A stretch of DNA of 64,000 nucleotides, taken from NCBI GenBank assembly GCA_965214095.1, contig OZ243938.1, positions 5,088,001 through 5,152,000 of the forward strand. The letters run 5' to 3'. The translations under genes and the position numbers were made by a program. The notes below the pieces were generated by a model. That model was not told where the DNA came from, searched no databases, and saw nothing but the letters and a program-made list of their open reading frames with translations. This DNA comes from Candidatus Poribacteria bacterium (GTDB lineage: Bacteria > Poribacteria > WGA-4E > WGA-3G). Of the stretch, positions 9,759 to 20,264 are shown piece after piece. Every line of letters starts with the position of its first letter. The stretch's first letter is position 1.

Positions 9759-10808
9759 TTACGTATGGTCTCTATGCCATTCCTGAACTGCTCTTGGAAT
9801 TTCCTGCAGGTTTTCAATAGTGGTTTGAAGGGGGATAGCACACTCAGGACCAATCAGCGGGACACCTGCATCAAGATTTTTCATAACTTCTGCTCTTACG
9901 TCTTCCGGTTCTTTGGCAAAAAGCGTTTCAGGATTGTTGATATTGCCAACCAGGGCGATCCGTTTCTGGACAATATCCATAGATTCTTTCGGTTCGTTCT
10001 TTGAGTCGTAGTGGAAGGCTGCCATTCCTGTTTGCGCAATGTATTCCATCCGATCCACAGTGCGTCCACAGATATGTAAAATTAATGGTATAGGAATTCT
10101 ATCTACAAATTCAATGTGTAGGTCGCGGAGATAACGTTGATAGTATTCTCCACTCACAAGGTCACCTGTTGCGTGATCGGGGAGTGTAAGAGCATCTGCA
10201 CCTGCTTCTATCTGTGCAATACCAAACTGCACTGTCGCTTCCTTCATACGATCCAATGCGAGTTTTGTTTTACCCGGATCATCAAGCGATAACAACAGGA
10301 ATGGTTCTACACCGAAGCAGTGGTATCCGAGCGACCAAGGTCCCATCGTCTTACCGATGACAGCAACTTCATCACCATATTCTTTTTTCAATATCTTAAT
10401 CGCTTCAAGCACACATTGAGTATCGGGATGTGTGAGGAAATCATTGGGAATAGAAATGTCGTCAACATCTTCCCATATCGGTTCACGCATCTTGACGGTG
10501 GGCCAGTTATCCTTCTGTTCCCACTGTATTTTGCAGCCGAGAGCACTGGATTCTTGGATAATCGTGAAAACTGGCATAATCGTGTCAAAACCGAGTTCCG
10601 TATAACCTGTAGCGGCAAGCCTTGCCATTAGTTCAGGTTCACGATTTGCTTGTGGAAAGGGGGCATCAACTAAATCCATCAATTCCACTGTTGCAACGGA
10701 GGTAGGATTGCAAACAGGGGTGCGGTCAGTCGGTTCATTGCGGAGAGCAGCAAGAACACGTTCACGACCTGTCATCGCCTTTATGGTTTCACCATCTTTA
10801 TTATCCAT
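9759..10808 (-). CDS. MtaA/CmuA-family (UroD-fold) corrinoid methyltransferase
   Basis: MTGRERVLAAL..DRTPV, GPWS, QIEAGAD, Zn motif LHICG...PEC, GNI. Confidence 0.88.
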   Translation of the reverse strand: MDNKDGETIKAMTGRERVLAALRNEPTDRTPVCNPTSVATVELMDLVDAPFPQANREPELMARLAATGYTELGFDTIMPVFTIIQESSALGCKIQWEQKDNWPTVKMREPIWEDVDDISIPNDFLTHPDTQCVLEAIKILKKEYGDEVAVIGKTMGPWSLGYHCFGVEPFLLLSLDDPGKTKLALDRMKEATVQFGIAQIEAGADALTLPDHATGDLVSGEYYQRYLRDLHIEFVDRIPIPLILHICGRTVDRMEYIAQTGMAAFHYDSKNEPKESMDIVQKRIALVGNINNPETLFAKEPEDVRAEVMKNLDAGVPLIGPECAIPLQTTIENLQEIPRAVQEWHRDHT

Positions 10809-10817
10809 TACATTAAC

Positions 10818-11456
10818 CTATATCTGTTGACTGGGTGCAGAAAGCACACCACGGGAAGCAGTTGTTTCCTCTTCACGCATAATAACACGGACATTTGGCG
10901 CACGAACTAATAGCAAACCGACAAGTGCATCATGGGACCGTCCACACGGAAAAGAGACAGTATCACCATCACTATCCAGTCCTGCATGCATTTCACCAAG
11001 CTTCATCAATCCACCAGCAATCGCAGATACACGCCGTTCAGCACCGCGTCCCTCACCATCGGAAGTTACACGGTAAGAGCCGCTTCCTAACGAATCAACA
11101 GTCATCATTAACTTAGATTTTTTGTCAAGTGTATTCAATGGACGGGGTTCGGCCGGTGTGTTCGGTGGAATTTTGCAGGCTTCTAAAAAGACTCTACGAC
11201 ACGCTGCCTCATGACTGTCACCACAAGAAAAGAAAACCTTCTCATTTGACAACTCACTCATTCCACCTAAGACCTGCATAGAATTGGCAACTTCCTGAAT
11301 TCTCCCAGAGGCACCTTCTTTACAGCTGTAAGTGTGGATTCGGAAAATAGTACACGCGTCAAGCTCCTCTAGGTAAAGTGCAATCGTAATATCATGAAAA
11401 TGAGTGTCAATCGGAACGAGTTCAATACGTCTACCGATATTTACTACTGATGGCAT
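10818..11456 (-). CDS. Hypothetical protein with internal duplication and two F-x-C-G-x-x-H motifs
   Basis: LGGM..VFFSCGDSHEA and LGEM..VSFPCGRSHDA; 9 bp upstream of the methyltransferase start. Confidence 0.75.
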   Translation of the reverse strand: MPSVVNIGRRIELVPIDTHFHDITIALYLEELDACTIFRIHTYSCKEGASGRIQEVANSMQVLGGMSELSNEKVFFSCGDSHEAACRRVFLEACKIPPNTPAEPRPLNTLDKKSKLMMTVDSLGSGSYRVTSDGEGRGAERRVSAIAGGLMKLGEMHAGLDSDGDTVSFPCGRSHDALVGLLLVRAPNVRVIMREEETTASRGVLSAPSQQI

Positions 11457-11490
11457 ATATTTGTCCTAATGGTGGATCATTGGTGAAAAA

Positions 11491-12387
11491 CTACCAGCGA
11501 TATACGTTATTTATATAATCATACACCTTTTCAGATACTCTTCGTAGCACATTTGCACGTTGACCGACCCAGGCACCAAATGAAATACGCCGTCTACGTG
11601 TGTTTGTTTTTGATTTATCCTCTATCAATCCCGTAAAGACATAAGGTCTGAGTTTACCGTTTGCATCACGCATCACAATAATGCCGCTATCTCCAATCAG
11701 TCCATATACAGTACCCGTTTTATTGTAGACCTTGACTGATGCAGGGATGCGCGTCTTTTTATAGATATAATCACCATTCGGAAGTTCAAAGTAATACTTC
11801 ATCTTATCCGAGTATGGAAGTGTTTTATTCCACATCTGAACATAGAATTTATTCAGATCACGTGCACTAGTCATATTCTTGTAAGTCCGTCCATTACTAG
11901 GTATAGTTTCAACGATTTCTGTCTGTTTGAAATAAGGATAGTTTGCTTTCAACTTACGATGCATCTGCCGAGGTCCCCCGACCAATCGAATAAAGTAATT
12001 CGTTGAAGTGTTTGAACTATAGCGGATCATCTTTTCCAAATGGTATCGATTTCTATTAGTATGTTGTAAACGTCCATGCTTAACTTCATGAAAATATACA
12101 AGCATCACAAAGTTTTTGATTAATGATGCAGCCATCCGTGGTTTTTCCTCATTAATGGAAACTAATTTAACATCATTTGAAAGATCATATACCACAAAAC
12201 TTGTCCGGTCAGAATGGGTTAACCCTCCTCTGGGACGGAATTGTTTTACAAGTCCATCAACTTTTGCTTCAAGTGGGGAATCAATTGAAAGATCGCGTGT
12301 TGCCTGAACACTTGTGATTCCACTGAGTAAGACGGTGAGACTACAACATACCAGTAATATGATGAGTTTAAATATATAGGTTTTCAT
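11491..12387 (-). CDS. Secreted class A beta-lactamase-like serine hydrolase
   Basis: Signal peptide; ASLIK (SxxK), YSSN (SxN), KTG. Confidence 0.85.
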   Translation of the reverse strand: MKTYIFKLIILLVCCSLTVLLSGITSVQATRDLSIDSPLEAKVDGLVKQFRPRGGLTHSDRTSFVVYDLSNDVKLVSINEEKPRMAASLIKNFVMLVYFHEVKHGRLQHTNRNRYHLEKMIRYSSNTSTNYFIRLVGGPRQMHRKLKANYPYFKQTEIVETIPSNGRTYKNMTSARDLNKFYVQMWNKTLPYSDKMKYYFELPNGDYIYKKTRIPASVKVYNKTGTVYGLIGDSGIIVMRDANGKLRPYVFTGLIEDKSKTNTRRRRISFGAWVGQRANVLRRVSEKVYDYINNVYRW

Positions 12388-12475
12388 CTGTTATATGTCA
12401 TCCTCTTATTGTATAATATGTCCCAATATGGGGTAATAAATGCTCGTGAAAAATTGTGTATTGACTATATAAACT

Positions 12476-13990
12476 CTAATTGGTAGAAAGTCGGTAACAG
12501 GCTGCCTCTCGATTATTGCGAACAAGTAGATAATTACCTACGAGGGCAGGATTGTTCCAAGTCTGTCCATTAATTGCTTGGAATCGTGCCAGTTCTTTGT
12601 GCTTATTAGGATTGGGTTCTAATAAAACGAGTTCACCCGATTCTGTCAGGACTAATAATATATCAGAGATTAACATTGTTTGACCATGTCCGTAACGACC
12701 GCGTTTCCATTGCCGCTTGCCATCGTCTGCATTGATACATGCAAAAATTCCATCGTCAAGACCGTATAAATAACCGTCATGATATATTATAGTAGAGAAT
12801 TTAACTTTAAATTGGATAGTTTCCCATAGTAGATTAACGCTAAAATCTCCCGATGGGTTACCTCTTGAAATCTGAAAAAGTTTAGAACCTATACCGTAAG
12901 CAGTAGAAATAAGAAGTTTGTCACCAGGAAGAGGAGTCGGTTGTGCGGCACATTCTGCAGCAGGCCATGACTGCTTCCATAAGAGTTCACCTGTGACAGG
13001 ATTATGTGAAGTGACAAGACCGTTGTCAAATAATACAACTTGCTCAGTTCCTACAAAAGATAAAAGTGTTGGAGAACTATAACCACTCTGATGTTTGTGT
13101 CCTTTCCAAGCGATATCACCTGTATCCTTGTAATATGCAATAGCACCACCCGCACTGAGGATCACCAAATCATCATACACAAGAGGAGAACAACTGATAC
13201 CCCATGGTGGTTTATTTGCCTTGTTTTCTTCAAAGATGTTGGTAGACCATATCCTCGCACCTGTTTCAAAATTTAAGCAATTCAAAATGCCAGTAGAACC
13301 GAGAGTATACACATATTCACCATCAATGGTTGGTGTTGCACGTGGTCCAAGTCCACCAAGCGCGGTATAATATCTCGCATTATCTCTATGTGTCCACTTT
13401 TCCTTGCCGGTAAGTAAGTCATAACAAACAACCTTTTCCCATTCGTCCTCCTGTTCCTGTGTAATTGCAGAATTACCTACTACAGCAAAACCACCCCAAC
13501 CATCACCTATTGGTTGTTTCCATATCAATTCTGGCGGATGTTCTTTCCAATCTGTATTTAACTTTATACTAGTAATAACTGCGTTGTGATTCGGACCGAG
13601 GAACTGTGGAAAATCTGTCAGAGGTATTCCGGTTGTTTCATTTGTCAAAGATGAATCAATGGAACTTGTTGAGAAATTACCCCAACGGTATGCAAATCTG
13701 GGGACAAGGTCTCCACTGAACCCATCAAAACGGAATAGGAAAAAAGATGCAACAACGGATAAAAGGAATACAATAAATGAGGTAAATCTAACTTTCCACT
13801 TTAAACGAGAAAATCCAACTAACCAAATTAAATCAAGAACAACTGTAATGAAAAGAATAAAAACCGTAAGTGCTACTTTATCTTGCCGATGTCCGGCTTC
13901 CATTAACCACACAAAACCTATTGCTAAAACTGTGAGGCAATGAATGAGGAATAAAGGCCACAAACGGATACCTTTTTTATCTTGGTTCAT
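12476..13990 (-). CDS. Membrane-anchored PQQ-binding-like (BamB-type) beta-propeller protein
   Basis: 3 N-terminal TM; FPQFLGP, GPRATP, YSSP and TG..xW repeats. Confidence 0.85.
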   Translation of the reverse strand: MNQDKKGIRLWPLFLIHCLTVLAIGFVWLMEAGHRQDKVALTVFILFITVVLDLIWLVGFSRLKWKVRFTSFIVFLLSVVASFFLFRFDGFSGDLVPRFAYRWGNFSTSSIDSSLTNETTGIPLTDFPQFLGPNHNAVITSIKLNTDWKEHPPELIWKQPIGDGWGGFAVVGNSAITQEQEDEWEKVVCYDLLTGKEKWTHRDNARYYTALGGLGPRATPTIDGEYVYTLGSTGILNCLNFETGARIWSTNIFEENKANKPPWGISCSPLVYDDLVILSAGGAIAYYKDTGDIAWKGHKHQSGYSSPTLLSFVGTEQVVLFDNGLVTSHNPVTGELLWKQSWPAAECAAQPTPLPGDKLLISTAYGIGSKLFQISRGNPSGDFSVNLLWETIQFKVKFSTIIYHDGYLYGLDDGIFACINADDGKRQWKRGRYGHGQTMLISDILLVLTESGELVLLEPNPNKHKELARFQAINGQTWNNPALVGNYLLVRNNREAACYRLSTN

Positions 13991-14174
13991 AAATCCGAGT
14001 TTTACTGTATACCTTTCTACAGATTAACGTTAATTATATAATAATAATTTATATAATTTTTGTCAAGTAAAAAATCTCTTAAACAGAGTTATTTTGTCTT
14101 ACAGAATCTTTCATTGTTTGGGTTATTTGAAAATCCTAAAACTAAATATCGCTCCTTACAACTAAAATTTAAAA

Positions 14175-14203
14175 TTGACACTACGCTATGTTGGTGTTAC
14201 AAT
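14175..14203 (+). promoter_or_regulatory. Sigma70 promoter of serA
   Basis: TTGACA-17-TACAAT with extended -10 TG. Confidence 0.75.
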
Positions 14204-14240
14204 GTTAACAGATTGATGCGTTACCGGAGGAGATACTATT

Positions 14241-15824
14241 ATGGACAAGGTGTTGGTGAGTGACTTGCTTTCACAGCAGGGGTTAGATGTTCTCATCAAG
14301 AGTGGCAACTTTCAGGTAGATGTTGCATTAGACTTAACACATGAAGAATTGATAGAACGTATTTCTGACTATGACGCATTATTAATAAGAAGTGGAACAA
14401 GAGTAACAACAGATGTGATTAATGCAGCACAGCGACTAAAGGTAATTGGTCGCGCGGGAGTTGGCGTAGATAACATTGATGTGGAAGCAGCTACGCGTAA
14501 TGGAATTTTAGTTGTCAATACACCTACCGGTAATACGATTGCTGCAGCAGAGCACACAATTGCCATGTTATTGGCACTTGCTCGAAACATTGTCCCCGCA
14601 GGAATCTCTCTTAAAAATCGCACATGGGAACGCAATGACTTTATCGGTGTTGAACTCTACGGTAAAGTATTTGGTACAATCGGTCTTGGTAGAATCGGAC
14701 GCGAAGTTGCCAAACGCGCACAAGCTTTCGGTATGCAACTTATAGCCTTTGATCCGTTTATCTCCGCAAATGCTGCAGACGATTTGGGTGTTCGTCTCGT
14801 TGATCGAGAGACCTTGTTTCAAGAATCAGATTATATCTCAATCCATACCATCCTTGACGGTGAAACGTACCATAGTATCGGTGAATCAGAATTTCAGCTC
14901 ATGAAACCGACCACTCGCCTGATAAACTGTGCCCGGGGTGGTATTATTGACGAAAAAGCACTTTATACTGCCCTAAAGGAAAGACAAATTTCTGGTGCCG
15001 CTTTGGATGTATTTGAGAATGAACCTGCTACTGATAGTCCACTGCTTGAATTAGATAATTTTCTCGCACTACCACATCTGGGAGCATCAACAACAGAGGC
15101 ACAGGAACATGTTGCTGTTGAAGTAGCACAACAGGTCATTGATGCCCTACGTGGGAAACCCGTTGCTAACGCTGTTAATCAACCTAAACTTGACCCGAGA
15201 GTCTTTGAAATCTTGGGTCCATATCTTGAACTTGCAGAAAAAATAGGTAGTTTCCATGCACAAATTGTAGAAGGACAGATGTCAGCAATAAAAATACACT
15301 ATAGCGGTTCACTCTTTCAGAAAGAGGATGTAACACCTATCACCGTAGCACTACAAAAAGGCCTATTGTCTCCTGTATTAACAGAAGTAAATTATGTTAA
15401 CGCACCTTTTTTAGTAAAACAAAGAGGGATTTCTGTCACGGAAACCAAGAGTGAATCGCAAGCAGATTTTGCTAACTTGATGACAGTGACCATCATCACA
15501 GATAAAGGTGAAACAATACTGGCAGGGACAACATTTGGAAAGAAAGATATACGCATTGTCCGCATAAATCAGCTGCATCTGAATGCAACACCGGATGGAT
15601 ACATACTTTTGATATATAATCGTGATCATCCCGGTATGATCGGATTAATCGGAACTATCTTAGGTGAACATGACATCAACATAGCGGATATGACGGTTGG
15701 ACGGTCCCGTGTTGAAGATGTTGCACTTACATTGATCAATATTGACAGTTTAGCTCCGCGTGATGTTATACAAAAAATCGCTTCACAAGATAAAATAGCT
15801 TTTGTTAAGCAGGTCATCCTATAG
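14241..15824 (+). CDS. serA: D-3-phosphoglycerate dehydrogenase (type I, with ACT domain)
   Basis: RAGVGVDNID, GLGRIG, NCARGG, PHLGASTTEAQ, C-terminal ACT (DHPGMIG); GGAG RBS. Confidence 0.97.
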   Translation: MDKVLVSDLLSQQGLDVLIKSGNFQVDVALDLTHEELIERISDYDALLIRSGTRVTTDVINAAQRLKVIGRAGVGVDNIDVEAATRNGILVVNTPTGNTIAAAEHTIAMLLALARNIVPAGISLKNRTWERNDFIGVELYGKVFGTIGLGRIGREVAKRAQAFGMQLIAFDPFISANAADDLGVRLVDRETLFQESDYISIHTILDGETYHSIGESEFQLMKPTTRLINCARGGIIDEKALYTALKERQISGAALDVFENEPATDSPLLELDNFLALPHLGASTTEAQEHVAVEVAQQVIDALRGKPVANAVNQPKLDPRVFEILGPYLELAEKIGSFHAQIVEGQMSAIKIHYSGSLFQKEDVTPITVALQKGLLSPVLTEVNYVNAPFLVKQRGISVTETKSESQADFANLMTVTIITDKGETILAGTTFGKKDIRIVRINQLHLNATPDGYILLIYNRDHPGMIGLIGTILGEHDINIADMTVGRSRVEDVALTLINIDSLAPRDVIQKIASQDKIAFVKQVIL

Positions 15825-15863
15825 TCAAATTGTCAGCATTGCATACCACAAGGGAGTTTTAGT

Positions 15864-17273
15864 TTGGATGAAAAACAATTATGTCTGTTTATAAATAATG
15901 AAATTCCAAAAGAGAAGTTATTCTCTGCTGAAAAAAGGGAAATACACCCCAACTGCAATACTTCATGGAGAATCTCACCGGAACCTTTCCTGATTTCCAA
16001 AGAGGAGTTAGATTGGTTTGAGAAACTTGGTCCGCATCTTTTACAGTTCTATCGTGCATGTAATTTACTCTATTCGCAAAGTGTACGAGGAATCCAACCG
16101 ACTTGGGTATCGGAATATTTAGATATAGGAAAACCAGAAAGTGTTATCCAGCAGGGTCGAATGAATCGCTTTAAGAGTCAAATCCCCGGTGTAATTCGTC
16201 CTGACATTTTGCCTACATCAGATGACACAAGAATGATTACAGAGTTAGATTCTATCCCAGGTTTCATCGGCGCGACAGGGTCCTTAGCAAGACTATATAC
16301 GAAACTCGGTTATTCTATTATCGGTGGAAAAGATGGTATGGTGAATGGATTTGCCGAGATGATACGCGCTTTGGCGAAAAATGACGATCCTAATCTGGCG
16401 ATTGTCGTTTCCGATGAATCTGAAGATTATCGACCGGAAATGCTATGGCTTGCCAACGCACTTTGTGATGCTGGACTCAAAACAGCAGCTGTGCAACCAC
16501 ACGAGGTAATCTTTACTGAAGATGGTCTAATCGTTGAAAGTCAATACGGGAAAATCAACGTTGATGTGGTCTACCGGTTCTATGAAATGTTCGACCTTCC
16601 TAATATTCCAAAGGCAGAATTAATCTTCTATAGTGCCAAGAAGCGCACGGTTGTAATGACACCGCCACCAAAGACATATTTGGAAGAGAAATTATGTCTG
16701 GCACTTTTCCATCATCCTTCTCTGCAACCTTTCTGGCAACGTCAACTCGGTAAGAAAACCTATCCTTTTCTACAAGAAGTTATCCCACAAACTTGGATAC
16801 TTGATCCACGTCCGCTACCACCTCATGCTGTCATTCCAAATTTGGAAATAGACAATTTTCCTGTAACTGATTGGCGGCAACTCAGCAACATTACACAGAA
16901 ACAACGTGAGTTGGTTATCAAACCTTCAGGCTTTTCGGAGCTTGCATGGGGAAGTCGTGGGGTAAAAATCGGACATGATTTACCTACGGAGGAGTGGGAA
17001 ACCGCAATTGAAGATAGCCTTAGAAACTTTGAAAAGACACCCCACGTCCTTCAAGAGTTCCACACCGCGCATCGCGTTCGTATGCAATACTACGATTTTG
17101 AGACTGAGGAAATACAGGAAATGCCATCACGACCACTCCTGCGCCCATACTATTTTGTCTCTGGTAATACTGTAAAACTTGGTGGAATTCAAGCAACCGT
17201 TTGTCCTGCAGATAAAAAATTGCTACACGGAATGGTAGATTCTATTATTGTGCCTTGTGCACTTAGAGACTAA
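15864..17273 (+). CDS. Glutathionylspermidine synthase-like ATP-grasp ligase
   Basis: RPD, ITELDSIPG, VYRFYE, EEK, IPQT, LVIKPSG..AWGSRGV, VLQEF; TTG start after GGAG. Confidence 0.65.
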   Translation: MDEKQLCLFINNEIPKEKLFSAEKREIHPNCNTSWRISPEPFLISKEELDWFEKLGPHLLQFYRACNLLYSQSVRGIQPTWVSEYLDIGKPESVIQQGRMNRFKSQIPGVIRPDILPTSDDTRMITELDSIPGFIGATGSLARLYTKLGYSIIGGKDGMVNGFAEMIRALAKNDDPNLAIVVSDESEDYRPEMLWLANALCDAGLKTAAVQPHEVIFTEDGLIVESQYGKINVDVVYRFYEMFDLPNIPKAELIFYSAKKRTVVMTPPPKTYLEEKLCLALFHHPSLQPFWQRQLGKKTYPFLQEVIPQTWILDPRPLPPHAVIPNLEIDNFPVTDWRQLSNITQKQRELVIKPSGFSELAWGSRGVKIGHDLPTEEWETAIEDSLRNFEKTPHVLQEFHTAHRVRMQYYDFETEEIQEMPSRPLLRPYYFVSGNTVKLGGIQATVCPADKKLLHGMVDSIIVPCALRD

Positions 17274-17282
17274 CTGAGATGT

Positions 17283-18305
17283 CTAATTTTCTGTCTTTAC
17301 ATGCCCCCAGAAAGTTAAGTATCTGCTTAATGCTGTTACATCCAGACTATCAATATTATATTCCTCTACAGTAGGTAATATTTGAGGACCAAGACCCTCC
17401 GCAACACCACCAATAGCGTAAATGTGATTATCTACAACATCTGAGCCCAAAAACACACGTGCAGTTGGCATATCTGCCCCTTTTTGCCATTCGTCTGTTA
17501 ACGGGTCGTAAATTTCAACCGTCATTTCGCCTGCACCTTGAACAACTGTAGTCCCACCAATTGCATAGATTTTAGAATTAACAACACTTGCTGTCAATGC
17601 AGTTCGGGGTGTGGGTATCGCAGCTTTTTCAGTCCAAGTGTCAGTCTTTGGATCGTATTCAGCAACGTTTTTAATAAAAGGTCCCGCAACCCCTTCAACA
17701 CCACCAATTAGGTATATTTTACCATGATGTTCTGCAGCTGCCATTCCAGAACGAGGGTTAGGCATATCCGTTTTTTGTGTCCATTTGTCCGTGGTTGGAT
17801 CATACTCCTCAACAACCGATAACACAGGACCCACATTCATGGCAACGCCTCCAAAAGTGTATATTTTCCCTTCCACAGCAACAGCGGAGAAAAATGAACG
17901 TGGTGTTGGCATATCTGCCTTTTGCGTCCAAGTATCAGTCTTAGGGTCATATTCTTCTACTGTGCCAACAGCAGGATTTTCACCATCCCATCCTCCGATC
18001 GCATATAACTTACCATCTACTTCACATGTTTCTACACCAGCACGTGCAGATGGCAAACTTGCTTTCTGAACCCATTCGTCTGTTTCTGTATTGTATGCCT
18101 CCACACTGTCTATCGGTTGAGCAAGCATTCCTCCTACAGCATAAACCTCTTTGTCTACTGCAGTAACAGAAAAGAAAAGTCTCGGATTTATCATTCCCGT
18201 TTTCTCAACCCATTCTTGAGCATTGACACTGTTAATAAATAAGAATAATATCAAAATGCAAAATAGCCAACTTGATCTACGAATAAAATTATGATGTGCT
18301 TTCAT
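17283..18305 (-). CDS. Secreted Kelch-repeat beta-propeller protein
   Basis: Signal peptide; six repeats of MPTPR..KIYAIGG..VEEYDP.TD.W; C-terminal LTFWGHVK. Confidence 0.92.
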   Translation of the reverse strand: MKAHHNFIRRSSWLFCILILFLFINSVNAQEWVEKTGMINPRLFFSVTAVDKEVYAVGGMLAQPIDSVEAYNTETDEWVQKASLPSARAGVETCEVDGKLYAIGGWDGENPAVGTVEEYDPKTDTWTQKADMPTPRSFFSAVAVEGKIYTFGGVAMNVGPVLSVVEEYDPTTDKWTQKTDMPNPRSGMAAAEHHGKIYLIGGVEGVAGPFIKNVAEYDPKTDTWTEKAAIPTPRTALTASVVNSKIYAIGGTTVVQGAGEMTVEIYDPLTDEWQKGADMPTARVFLGSDVVDNHIYAIGGVAEGLGPQILPTVEEYNIDSLDVTALSRYLTFWGHVKTEN

Positions 18306-18341
18306 ATAAATCCTTTCAATTGTTAAAATTAGATTTTTACT

Positions 18342-18941
18342 TTAACTACGATAAATCGTTACTTCCATGCCGTCTCGTCTCCGTTCCCTTTGTCCTTCCC
18401 CATCATTACTGCCACGTCTTCGTCTCCAACTTTCAAACCAGTGTGTTTCTGATTCATAGTTGGAACGCACATGCTCCAGATAATCTGCCATCTGATCCAC
18501 TCTACTGACATTATCTGCCACAATCGTTGCTGGATTTGTGAGTCGTGATTCAATAGCTTGGAAGCATGGAAAATACCCATCTTTGTTGTTATCAAGAAAC
18601 AGAAAATCAACAGGTTCCTCTATAGTCTTCAAGACTTCTGCAGCATCTCCGATTCGGGAATCCACAAGGTCCGAAACACCTGCTCTTTCAAAATTAGCAC
18701 GAGCACGTTCCGCATTTGCATCCTCTATTTCAACAGTGATCAACTTTCCGGACCCAATTGTTTGCAAAACGCGAGATATCCACAAACCTGAATAACCGAT
18801 CGCTGTTCCACATTCAACAATCAGAGAAGGTTTTGCCTTCTCAATACAACTCGCGAGCAGTTTTGCTTTATCAGGTCCGAGCATCGGCACCCGTTCTGCT
18901 CTACACTGTTCCTCAACTTCTTCTATAACCTTATCTAACAT
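18342..18941 (-). CDS. Class I SAM-dependent O-methyltransferase
   Basis: VECGTAIGYSG, GDA, DFLFLD, VADN. Confidence 0.9.
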   Translation of the reverse strand: MLDKVIEEVEEQCRAERVPMLGPDKAKLLASCIEKAKPSLIVECGTAIGYSGLWISRVLQTIGSGKLITVEIEDANAERARANFERAGVSDLVDSRIGDAAEVLKTIEEPVDFLFLDNNKDGYFPCFQAIESRLTNPATIVADNVSRVDQMADYLEHVRSNYESETHWFESWRRRRGSNDGEGQRERRRDGMEVTIYRS

Positions 18942-20131
18942 TAGCGTTTCTCCATGTTTTCTGAATTATGCAGACTGACTATAGTATAATCAAACAACAT
19001 ATCACTCTTTTTATGATGATCTTCATGAACGTAATGTTCAAAAAGTGTTCTTGGACCGTTATTTAACGCAAAAATACCGTAGTCCTTTCCATTGGGTGAA
19101 CGGGTAACTGTATGGACGTGGTTCGGTCTACCGTCGTTCCGAGCTTCATCATTGAATTCAATCCATATTGCAGGATTAAAGACACGATAGTAGATGGAAT
19201 CAGTTTCGGTTGTACCTCCAATCCAAACAAAATATGTATCCTCTAAATCTGTTTCAATATCAGTCATCCAGATGTCAGCAAACTCAGATTCAAGATTGTA
19301 GACATACGATTTGATCAGATCTCTTAGTTTCTCTTTTTGAGCATCATTCATGGCTGATGCCTTTAAACCAACACCCACAAAATCAGAATAATCGTAATTC
19401 AGAAACGGATCGGTTGTACTCCCAGGACCCACTTTCAACCCACGTCGACCTGTCTGAATCGCAATTTCTTTTTGTTCCTTCTCAAGACTATTCAGAAGTG
19501 ATAATGCGTTACCTCTTTCACCTTCAAGCACTTCAGTGCCGTTAACAAATGTTGGCTGCGTTCCAAAATGTGCAGGAACAATTGAGACTTCATCTCCGTG
19601 CACTAAAAAGTTAAGTGACAGATGATGTCCATCTAACTGGAATCCCCACGAACCGTCTGTTCTTGGATTTCCAAATAACGCAATAAAGTAGGGACGTGAT
19701 GACCAAAATCCGTGGGTAACATTGATGAAATCTGTATCAGATCTTGTTGTAATTAGAGAAACTTTTGTGTAACCTTCATCACTCAAGAAAGCATCTAACA
19801 CTTTTTGAAAAAGAGACAATTGATCAACTGACAACTTACTGAATTCAATGCCACCACGATCCTGATTCCTTGATGGCGGCAAATTAGACCAAGAATACAT
19901 TTCTTTATGTCCCAATGGATAGGAGGCATCAGTAAGCAGATCTTCACTCAGCGAATCGCGAAAATTATTCATAACTGTTGCTAACACGACAATGGAAGGT
20001 TTCTTGGAAATTTTAGCGATTTCTATCTCTTTCTCTGCATCCACTTCAGCAGAATTATATATGTTCAATACTGCTGCTATGATGCAGGCTGCCAAAAATA
20101 CAATCAGGATGGAAACTATTTTTCGTAACAT
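18941..20131 (-). CDS. DUF3500-family protein
   Basis: WSNLP, LSDEGY, WGFQLDGHHLSLN, YFVWIG, YYRV, IEF, HVHTV.R.PNGKDYG. Confidence 0.85.
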   Translation of the reverse strand: MLRKIVSILIVFLAACIIAAVLNIYNSAEVDAEKEIEIAKISKKPSIVVLATVMNNFRDSLSEDLLTDASYPLGHKEMYSWSNLPPSRNQDRGGIEFSKLSVDQLSLFQKVLDAFLSDEGYTKVSLITTRSDTDFINVTHGFWSSRPYFIALFGNPRTDGSWGFQLDGHHLSLNFLVHGDEVSIVPAHFGTQPTFVNGTEVLEGERGNALSLLNSLEKEQKEIAIQTGRRGLKVGPGSTTDPFLNYDYSDFVGVGLKASAMNDAQKEKLRDLIKSYVYNLESEFADIWMTDIETDLEDTYFVWIGGTTETDSIYYRVFNPAIWIEFNDEARNDGRPNHVHTVTRSPNGKDYGIFALNNGPRTLFEHYVHEDHHKKSDMLFDYTIVSLHNSENMEKR

Positions 20132-20162
20132 ACAAACCCTTTTTTATTTTTATACATAACTG

Positions 20163-20254
20163 ATACCAAATCAACCTAAATTGTAGGGGCAGGGTTCCCC
20201 TGCCTGTCCGTGTTCTCAGCATCAAAAGCAATACAGATCTCGTTAATTTGGTAT
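20163..20254. mobile_element. 92-bp MITE with internal GTAG REP
   Basis: TIR ataccaaat/atttggtat; gtaggggcagggttcccctgcc at 20183. Confidence 0.6.
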
Positions 20255-20264
20255 GACAATGAAT

